In this document: one piece after another, positions 1 to 6,510 of the stretch
Position numbering within the stretch: the first letter of the stretch is position 1
How the letters are laid out: the number at the start of each line of letters is the position of its first letter
IMG/VR virus record: IMGVR_UViG_3300044506_000026
Location: 1 to 24,510 of that record
Source: a virus
Taxonomy: Duplodnaviria > Caudoviricetes
Strand: one strand, 5' to 3'
DNA: 24,510 nt
The notes under the pieces: model-generated
What the model was told of the DNA's origin: nothing
The model's input: only the letters and a program-made list of their open reading frames with translations
The model's database searches: none
Position numbers and translations under genes: made by a program

Positions 1-247
1 TGACCGTTCCATCAGAAGCCCACAGTCCAAGGAGGTACGTCTGGATCGGGCGGCTGACCTCGGCGAAATAGTCATGGCGGACTGACTCCACGCGCAACTG
101 GAACGGGCTCTTGAGGCCGAGCTTGTGGCCGATTGTTTTGAGGGCGCTTTCTGTACGCCCGAGCTCTTGAGCGAGTTGCTGCGGCCCCTTGAGGTGGTAG
201 TTCTCGCAGAGGTAGCGGAGCTCATCTTCTTTCCAGCGCCTACGCAT
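1..247 (-). CDS. LAGLIDADG homing endonuclease with N-terminal HTH/Myb-like repeat (3' end outside the window; absent from the ORF track)
   Basis: Hand translation from ATG 247: MRRRWKEDELRYLCENYHLKGPQQLAQELGRTESALKTIGHKLGLKSPFQLRVESVRHDYFAEVSRPIQTYLLGLWASDGTV. The segment DYF...YLLGLWASDG resembles the first LAGLIDADG helix of phage HEGs. GC is lower than in the flanks. Confidence 0.75.
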   Translation of the reverse strand, partial: MRRRWKEDELRYLCENYHLKGPQQLAQELGRTESALKTIGHKLGLKSPFQLRVESVRHDYFAEVSRPIQTYLLGLWASDGTV

Positions 248-253
248 GACGCC

Positions 254-259
254 ACGTTA
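254..259 (-). promoter_or_regulatory. Putative -10 (TAACGT) for a leaderless LAGLIDADG transcript
   Basis: TANNNT lies 6 nt upstream of the ATG. There is no SD and no clear -35. Confidence 0.45.
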
Positions 260-293
260 GCAACTCGCTCAGCTCAAAAGCTACTCGCTCTGA

Positions 294-974
294 CTATGCC
301 ACACGTTCCGACCAGCCGCCCAAAAGCTGGATGCTGTTGCCGGTCGCGCCGGGGGTCACGTCGAGGACCCACGCCTTGGTGGTGGTCAGGGACACGGTGA
401 CCGCTGAGGTCGAAGCCGCGAGGAAGGCGCTGGCGGCGCCGCCGACTGCGGTGTCGATGAGGAGTTCAGTCATGCACGACACGGTTGTCGGGGAAAGGAA
501 GTTGATCAAGGTCTCGTGCTTCCACTGCGCGGCCGTCAGCGACGCCGTCAGCGCGATGTTCGCCGTCGCCACAAGGGAGGTCCCGGCGACGCCGCCCAGG
601 CGCGACGTGAAGACGGTGTTACCCGGGGTGCCGGTGGAGGTGAACACGCCCCAGCCGACCATCTTGTACACCGCGCCGGCGATCGCGTCGTTCGCGGGAA
701 GGCTCATCGACTGCAGCACCGTCTCCGCCGTGACGCCGGTGATCGCCGTGCCCGCAGCGGTCTGGCCGCCCTGCGACCCGACGATCGTCTGCACCAGGCC
801 CTGCGGGTTGATGTACGTCATCACGCCGCCGGTCGCGTAGAGCACCGCGGCACCAGCCGGGGTCGCGGGCTGCGACGCCTGGTTGTTCAGCGTGAGCGGA
901 CCGTTGAAGCTGTCGCCGACGGTCTCGGCCGCGAGGGGGCCGTTGGTGCCGCCGGTCACGATCGTTGTGGGCAT
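294..974 (-). CDS. Putative virion structural protein (Thr/Gly/Ala-rich, beta-rich), 226 aa
   Basis: GGAGG RBS, high GC3, position downstream of the capsid gene. No family recognised. Confidence 0.7.
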   Translation of the reverse strand: MPTTIVTGGTNGPLAAETVGDSFNGPLTLNNQASQPATPAGAAVLYATGGVMTYINPQGLVQTIVGSQGGQTAAGTAITGVTAETVLQSMSLPANDAIAGAVYKMVGWGVFTSTGTPGNTVFTSRLGGVAGTSLVATANIALTASLTAAQWKHETLINFLSPTTVSCMTELLIDTAVGGAASAFLAASTSAVTVSLTTTKAWVLDVTPGATGNSIQLLGGWSERVA

Positions 975-1035
975 GGGGTACCTCCATGGGGTTCGGCGCG
1001 GCGCGCCGTACGGCTCGGGTCAGGGATGAACTGGC

Positions 1036-1392
1036 TCAGGCCTGCTCGGCCTTGGCCGGGCTGCGGCGCGCACGGGTCGCCTTCACCGGCGAAGCCGGCT
1101 CCTCGGCGCCCTCGCTGTCCTTCGCAACGCCCACCGTGCGGGCCGCCGCGACCAACTGCTCCACGGCCTGCAGCAGCGTCGCCGGATCCTTGCGGCGCTC
1201 CAACTCCTCGGAGATCAGGCGCCGCTGACGCTCCACATCGGTCTCCCACAGCGGCCTGCCGCCGCTGGCGAAGCCGTGGAGCTGGTCGGAGAGTTCGTTG
1301 GGGAAGTCGAAGCCGCCGTGCTCGTCGGCGTCGTAGTGCCCGAAGACCGGGTGGTCGAGCGCGGTTGCGCCCGTGCGCGTGTACAGGCGCAT
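1036..1392 (-). CDS. Phage hypothetical protein, 118 aa, with a basic low-complexity tail
   Basis: AAGGAG RBS, typical codon bias, post-capsid position. Confidence 0.75.
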   Translation of the reverse strand: MRLYTRTGATALDHPVFGHYDADEHGGFDFPNELSDQLHGFASGGRPLWETDVERQRRLISEELERRKDPATLLQAVEQLVAAARTVGVAKDSEGAEEPASPVKATRARRSPAKAEQA

Positions 1393-1461
1393 GCCTGCTC
1401 TCCTTCGAAGAGTGAGGGGATCGGGGCCGGAACCTTGGCGTGCCCAGGGGTGTCGCTGGAG

Positions 1462-1917
1462 TCAGCGGCCGAACAAGCTGAACGAGACGCCAGTGAACGT
1501 CGGGCTTGCGGTTCCCGTGATCGTCCACCGGATACGACCGCTGTAGGTCAGGTTGTAGCCAGTGGAGATGTTGCCAGCGACGGTGCCCGCGAACTGAAGG
1601 GCAGCCCCGGAGATGGCCGTGGCGTTCGACGTCAGCCACCAGTTCCCGTAGGCGTCCACGACATCGAAGAACACCGCCAGCGCGGGGTTGGTGCCGGTCG
1701 GCGCGTTCGCGACGGTCACGACCAGCAGACCGTTGGACACCGATGACACGTCGATGTAGCCGCTGGTCTGGTTGTTCAGCTGGTTCTTGACGTTCGAGGT
1801 GACCGTGTCCGAGTTGCTGTTCAGCGTCAGGCCGTCGGCGCGGAACAGCTCCTGCGTGGCAACGAAGTTGGGCAGGGGGACACCGGCGCGAACAGGCGGG
1901 GCTGGGGGCGGGGCCAT
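1462..1917 (-). CDS. Putative virion structural/decoration protein, 151 aa
   Basis: GGAGG precedes ATG 1917 (MAPPPAPP...). The sequence is rich in Ser/Thr/Asn beta-strands. Confidence 0.7.
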   Translation of the reverse strand: MAPPPAPPVRAGVPLPNFVATQELFRADGLTLNSNSDTVTSNVKNQLNNQTSGYIDVSSVSNGLLVVTVANAPTGTNPALAVFFDVVDAYGNWWLTSNATAISGAALQFAGTVAGNISTGYNLTYSGRIRWTITGTASPTFTGVSFSLFGR

Positions 1918-1945
1918 CGAGACCTCCAGATCTCCGGGCATACGA

Positions 1946-1974
1946 AAGGCCGAGAGCAGAAAGCTCTCGGCCTT
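1946..1974 (-). terminator. Hairpin/terminator after the EndoVII gene
   Basis: 12-bp perfect stem AAGGCCGAGAGC/GCTCTCGGCCTT with a 5-nt loop, followed by TCGTATGCCC. Confidence 0.65.
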
Positions 1975-1989
1975 GAGGGGGATGGAGTG

Positions 1990-2703
1990 CTAGTAGGACG
2001 CCTCGCGGTACTTGGCAAGGTACTGGATTGCGGCGAGCATCCGCTCGGGGTCGTCCTTGAAATGGCCAAGCCCCTTATTGCAGCTGCTGCAGATCAAACC
2101 GCGTACCGCGCCGGTCTCATGGCAGTGATCAACGCAGATGCCCGTGCCGCGGACGGACCCATCCTTGTTGAGGTTCAGGACAAGGTGCAGCTCTATCCCG
2201 CAGATCTCGCACCGACCGTCCTGTTGTACCAGCCTCTCTTTGAACTCCTCGGGAGTCATCCCATAGTTCCACTGGCGCTTGTACGAGCGGACCTTCTCGC
2301 GGTTCGCGAGCGCCCACTTCCGGTTCGCAGCAAGGATCTTGTCTCGATCCTTGGTGTACCTCCGGCGGTAGTACTGCCTGAAACGTTCGGGGTCTGCCGC
2401 TCGCGCTTCACGAGCTCGGCGCGCGTTCTGTTCCTTGTGTCGATCCGATGACGCGCGCTTCTGCTCAAGGATCTTCTCGCGCTGCGGTCCTTCGCGGCGC
2501 GCCTTTCGGTTGGCCTTGTTCTTCTCCGATGCGGAGTACTTCCGATCGGCTTCGCGCTTGGCCTCGGGGTTGCGTAAGGCTCGCTCGCGGGCGGCAGCAA
2601 CGGCGCACGGCTTGCACCAGTACTGCCGCCCGTCCGGCGATTTGGCTGCCTTATGGAACTCGTCCAGCGGCTTCTCGATGCCGCACTTGGTGCATCGCTT
2701 CAC
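1990..2703 (-). CDS. Endonuclease VII-family (HNH) homing endonuclease, 237 aa
   Basis: GTG start gives MKRCTKCGIEKPLDEF...YWCKPC (Zn finger). C-terminal QDGRCEICG...VDHCHETGAVRGLICSSCNKGLGHFKDDP is the EndoVII signature. Lower GC than the flanks. Confidence 0.9.
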   Translation of the reverse strand: MKRCTKCGIEKPLDEFHKAAKSPDGRQYWCKPCAVAAARERALRNPEAKREADRKYSASEKNKANRKARREGPQREKILEQKRASSDRHKEQNARRAREARAADPERFRQYYRRRYTKDRDKILAANRKWALANREKVRSYKRQWNYGMTPEEFKERLVQQDGRCEICGIELHLVLNLNKDGSVRGTGICVDHCHETGAVRGLICSSCNKGLGHFKDDPERMLAAIQYLAKYREASY

Positions 2704-2709
2704 CCGCCT

Positions 2710-2739
2710 ATCATAACCGAGCTCCTGTCGGCATGTCAG
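2710..2739 (-). promoter_or_regulatory. Sigma70/HrdB-like promoter CTGACA-N18-TATGAT, leaderless EndoVII mRNA
   Basis: -35 at 2739-2734 overlaps the capsid stop codon. -10 at 2715-2710 lies 6 nt before the GTG. Confidence 0.6.
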
Positions 2740-4232
2740 CTGACGTTTTGGAGCGTGGCCATCGCGACCGGGGCGCGGTTCAGGAACGCGCCGACCGACC
2801 GGATTTCGAACTCCTTGCGGGGGCCGCCGCCGGCGGTGTTCGCGACGCGGGCGATGCCGTAGTCGAACTGGGCGGTGTCGCGGAGGGCCCTGTACTCGAG
2901 CACCGAGCTGATGTTCGCCTGGGGGAAGGGAACGCGGTCGGTGCGGGCGACGATGGTGCCCGGCGGCACGGAGACGTGGACCTCGATCGGCACGGTGACG
3001 CCGCCGGCGGGTGCGTTCACGATCTCGCCGACCCGGCCACCGGCGGTGACGGACACACGGCCCGAAGCGTCGGTGTTGAGGAAGGTGGTGGCCGAGCTCG
3101 CGCCGAGGATCAGGTTCGCGATCTCCTGGGCCTGCGAGGCGTTCACCATCAGCGCGGTCGGGGAGCACTTGACCTGCTGCCACAGCGGCAGGAACAGGTA
3201 CTGCTCGATCTCGGTGACCGTTCCACCGGTGAGGGTGAGGGCCGCGCCGTTCAGCGAGTTGTTGATCGACGGGTTGGCGGTGCCGGTGCCGGGCTGGACC
3301 CACTGGCCGGAGCCGTTGTAGTCGCCTGCGAGGGACGCGAGGAAGCCGTCGTAGTCGTTGGCGTTCGCGGAGCCGTTGTCGGCTGCGGAGTTGTAGGTCG
3401 GGACGGCGTTGGCGGTGCCCTTCCACGACGTGGACAGGTCCGGGACGGTCGTGCCGGTCGGCAGCGCGTTGTTGCTGGTGATCGTCGCGGTGATGGTGAC
3501 CGTGTTGGTGGTCGTGGTCGTGTAGTAGTACCAGGTGGTGCCGTTCGCGGAGTAGAACCAGTCGTAGCAGACCGCGCCGCGGATGCTGGTCACGGTCGCG
3601 GTGATGCTGTTCGCGGATCCGGAGCCGAACGTGGTGCTCGCCGACGCACCCTGCGAGTTGCCGGAGCCGTAGTAGTAGCCGGAGCCGGTGCGCGCTGCGA
3701 CGCCGACGTACGCGGTGACGGCGCCGATGGTGCCGCCGGTGGCGTGCTGGGTCAGGACGGGTGCGGCCGCGGCGGCGAGCGCGAACGACTGACCGCCGAC
3801 GAGCTTGCGGTCGTCCGCGATGAGGACCTGGTTGAGCACCTGAAACGTTGCGATCGCGTACGGGTCACCATAGCCCTTGGCCAGGTCGTAGGCGTCCTGG
3901 GTGACGAGGCCGGCGTACCCGGTGGGCTTGTACCGGGCCTGGAAGTCCTGCTCGAGGAACGAGGTCTCGTTGGCCGCGTAGTCGAAGCCCATCGCCGGGT
4001 CGGGCTGGCTGTTGGTGAGGTTCATGATCGCACGCCAGACCGCGTACGGGTTACCGTCGGGGCTCTGCTTGCGGGCGACGTGGTCGCGGAACGGGGTGAC
4101 GACCGGGACCAGGGAGACGAGCTCGGAGAGGTCGTAGCTGTAGATGCCGGTCGATTCGAGGATGCCGCTGGTCTGCGCCTTGCTGATCGCGGCGAGGGTC
4201 TCCTCGGTGATGGTGCTGAGCGGTGCGCTCAA
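2736..4232 (-). CDS. Major capsid protein (probable HK97 fold) with internal Thr-rich insertion, 498 aa
   Basis: AGGAGG then TTG at 4232; very strong codon bias; follows the protease and scaffold genes. N-terminal YSYDLSELVSLVPVVTPFRDHVAR is capsid-like. Confidence 0.8.
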   Translation of the reverse strand: MSAPLSTITEETLAAISKAQTSGILESTGIYSYDLSELVSLVPVVTPFRDHVARKQSPDGNPYAVWRAIMNLTNSQPDPAMGFDYAANETSFLEQDFQARYKPTGYAGLVTQDAYDLAKGYGDPYAIATFQVLNQVLIADDRKLVGGQSFALAAAAAPVLTQHATGGTIGAVTAYVGVAARTGSGYYYGSGNSQGASASTTFGSGSANSITATVTSIRGAVCYDWFYSANGTTWYYYTTTTTNTVTITATITSNNALPTGTTVPDLSTSWKGTANAVPTYNSAADNGSANANDYDGFLASLAGDYNGSGQWVQPGTGTANPSINNSLNGAALTLTGGTVTEIEQYLFLPLWQQVKCSPTALMVNASQAQEIANLILGASSATTFLNTDASGRVSVTAGGRVGEIVNAPAGGVTVPIEVHVSVPPGTIVARTDRVPFPQANISSVLEYRALRDTAQFDYGIARVANTAGGGPRKEFEIRSVGAFLNRAPVAMATLQNVS

Positions 4233-4255
4233 GGTGTGCCTCCTGGGCATGCGAA

Positions 4256-4286
4256 AGCCCCCGGGCGCGTGGCGCTCTCGGGGGCT
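4256..4286 (-). terminator. AGCCCC/GGGGCTT-type hairpin between scaffold and capsid genes
   Basis: Stem AGCCCCCG...CGGGGGCT followed by TTCGCATGCCC. The AGCCCC/GGGGCTT arms match those described for actinophage phiC31 terminators. Confidence 0.55.
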
Positions 4287-4309
4287 GGTTCAGGCTGGGG
4301 TGCGGGCGG

Positions 4310-6127
4310 TCAGCGCCGCTGGTGGATCTCCTGGAGCTGGGCGATGGCGAGGCCCTGCAGTTCGAGTGCGGCCCGGTTCTGGGTGCCGGCGTCCTGGCCT
4401 CGGTAGAGCTCGGTCTTGAGCTCGCGGGCCTTGGCGACGTCGACGGGCGTGGCGCCTCGGTCCTGACCGCGCATCTGGTGTGCGGGCGGGACGGCTCCGT
4501 TGGTGAACACCTTCGGCTCGGCGGGCTGCTCCTCCAGCGCCTTGACCTGGCCCTTGAGCGTCGCGACGAGGTCCGCCAGTTCCACGATGGCGTCCGCCTG
4601 CTTGGCGAACTCCTCGCGCTGGGTGGCGCTGTACTCGTCGAGCGCGGTGGTGACCACGTTCAGGATGCTGCTCTTGAGAACGTCCGAGTTGGTGTCGTAC
4701 TGCTGCTTGGTGACGCCGTCGGGTACGGCGTCGGCGGGGGTCCCGGCCTCGGCCTGCGGCTGCGGGGTGAGGTCGGTGGTCTCGGGGGCACCGTCGTCGG
4801 TGCCGTCGGTGCCGGCGGGGGCGTCGTCCATGTCGTCGGCGTCCGCCTCGGCGTTCGCGACCGGGGTGACGTCGCCGGGGTCGACGATGCCGATGAGGCG
4901 GCCCTTCTGGTCATAGACGACGACCATCGGGGTCTTCTCACCGTCGGCCTTGGCGATGCCCATCTCGGGCTCCTCGCCGTGGGCGGCGGTGGTCTCGGCG
5001 GAGGTGGTGGGCTCGGGCATGCTGGTCTCCTTGTCATCGGTGACCGGCTGCGCGGCCTCCTTCTCGATGGGCGCCGTGGGCAGCGAGGTGAGGACCTTCT
5101 GCAGGGACTCGACGGCGCCGCGGATCGCGGCCTCGTTGGCGGCGGACAGGACCCGGCCGGCCTTGGCGATGTGCGCGAGGGCCTCGATCGTGTCGAGCGG
5201 CGCCAGGTCGAAGCCTCCCAGGGCCTTGCCGACGGCCTGCATCTCCTCGCCGCAGTCGGCCTCGGCCTGCTCGGCGACGGCGAACGGGGCGAGGACGGAG
5301 ATGGCGTAGTCGATCGCGCAGCACGCGTCCTGCAGGTCGAACGCCTTCATGGCGTCGTCCTCGTCGCCAGCTGCGGCTTCCAGCAGTTCGCGGTCGGCGA
5401 GCATGTCGATGGCGGCCTTCGCGCGGGCGAGGATGCTGGTCCACTTGCGTGCGGTGGCGGCGTCGACGGCTTCCCATGCGGGGGAGCCGGGGTCGGTGTC
5501 CATGCCCTGGTGGTCGCCGTCGGTCTCGGCGAGGGCGGTCATCGGGTCGAGGACGTCGTCCATGTCCATCTCCTTCGCCACGTCGCCCTTCAGCGAGCCG
5601 TCGGCGTTCCAGTTGTCCGGGATCTCGGACGAGGCGCCGAGGGCCTTGGCTCGTGCGATGACGTGCCGTCGGATCGCGTTGTGGTCTGCGCCGCCGCGGC
5701 CGACTGCGCGGATGGCCCGGTCGAGGTCTTCGCGGTCGGCGACCGGGTAGGATTCGTCGTCCATGGCCTGGCCGTTGGCGGCCATGCGGCGCAGGTCGTC
5801 GGCGTTGTACTTCGCCTTGACGAGCTGTTCGTACGTGGGCTCTACGGCGGCCTTGGCGACCTGCCGGGCAGCGGCCTCGTGGATAAGGCGGGCGATCGCG
5901 GCGGGGCTACCGGACATGGTCACCTTGTCCTCAGTCGACGGGGTGGGGTCGGCCTTCGCGATAAGGTCACGGACGAACGCGGGGTCCATCAGGCCGGCCT
6001 GCGAGTCCTGCTTCATCAGCAGAAACCCGGGTGCACCGTTCGCAGGCATCCCGACGAGGTCGACGCGAGGCACGTTGGCGTCCACCAGTTCCGTGAACTC
6101 GGTGTCGTCGCCGAGTACGTCCGTCAT
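4310..6127 (-). CDS. Capsid scaffold / protease-associated protein, 605 aa
   Basis: AAGGAG RBS and ATGA overlap with the upstream gene. N-terminal VDLVGMPANG motif, DUF6582-like YPVADREDLDRAIRAVGRG...IARAKALG segment, KAGRVLSAANE motif, acidic coiled-coil C-terminus. Confidence 0.8.
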   Translation of the reverse strand: MTDVLGDDTEFTELVDANVPRVDLVGMPANGAPGFLLMKQDSQAGLMDPAFVRDLIAKADPTPSTEDKVTMSGSPAAIARLIHEAAARQVAKAAVEPTYEQLVKAKYNADDLRRMAANGQAMDDESYPVADREDLDRAIRAVGRGGADHNAIRRHVIARAKALGASSEIPDNWNADGSLKGDVAKEMDMDDVLDPMTALAETDGDHQGMDTDPGSPAWEAVDAATARKWTSILARAKAAIDMLADRELLEAAAGDEDDAMKAFDLQDACCAIDYAISVLAPFAVAEQAEADCGEEMQAVGKALGGFDLAPLDTIEALAHIAKAGRVLSAANEAAIRGAVESLQKVLTSLPTAPIEKEAAQPVTDDKETSMPEPTTSAETTAAHGEEPEMGIAKADGEKTPMVVVYDQKGRLIGIVDPGDVTPVANAEADADDMDDAPAGTDGTDDGAPETTDLTPQPQAEAGTPADAVPDGVTKQQYDTNSDVLKSSILNVVTTALDEYSATQREEFAKQADAIVELADLVATLKGQVKALEEQPAEPKVFTNGAVPPAHQMRGQDRGATPVDVAKARELKTELYRGQDAGTQNRAALELQGLAIAQLQEIHQRR

Positions 6128-6501
6128 GTCTCGCTCCTTGGTCGGATCCGGCGTGCCACGCCTTGCGGGCTGAAGCCGTTGACGCGGCCGGACTTGACGA
6201 GCCGCCAGGCGGTTTCGTCGCAGATGCCGCCGATGAGCCAGTCGCCAGCCTTGATGACTGTGCCGTCGGGCTGTTCCCAGTCCGGGCCGCGGTAGATGTA
6301 GCTCTCGGTTACGGTCATGTGGCCGGTCGTACCGTCGGCGTGGAACAGGCCGACCTCCGCGCCGCCGGGCAGGAACGACCAGCACGCCTTCTCCAGCTCG
6401 GATGGGGTGAAGAAGTCCCGCCCGCCGTCTGCTCCCTTCGCGATCCGTGGATCCCGACCGGCCTGATAGGCCAGGCCGAGGACGAATCTCTGCTCGGGCA
6501 T
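6124..6501 (-). CDS. XkdF-like prohead serine protease, 125 aa
   Basis: VLGLAY...ELEKACWSF...GLFH...ESYIY...GDWL...W..VKSGRVNGFSPQG matches the XkdF pattern with His and Ser retained. AGGAGG RBS. Confidence 0.85.
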   Translation of the reverse strand: MPEQRFVLGLAYQAGRDPRIAKGADGGRDFFTPSELEKACWSFLPGGAEVGLFHADGTTGHMTVTESYIYRGPDWEQPDGTVIKAGDWLIGGICDETAWRLVKSGRVNGFSPQGVARRIRPRSET

Positions 6502-6510
6502 TGCCACCTC

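Noticed and set aside
2704-3426. N-terminal 240-aa extension of the 478-aa EndoVII ORF, or a capsid-endonuclease frameshift fusion
   Set aside because: It is an Arg-rich off-frame reading of the capsid gene. A promoter and GTG at 2703 explain the gene, and I saw no convincing slippery site.
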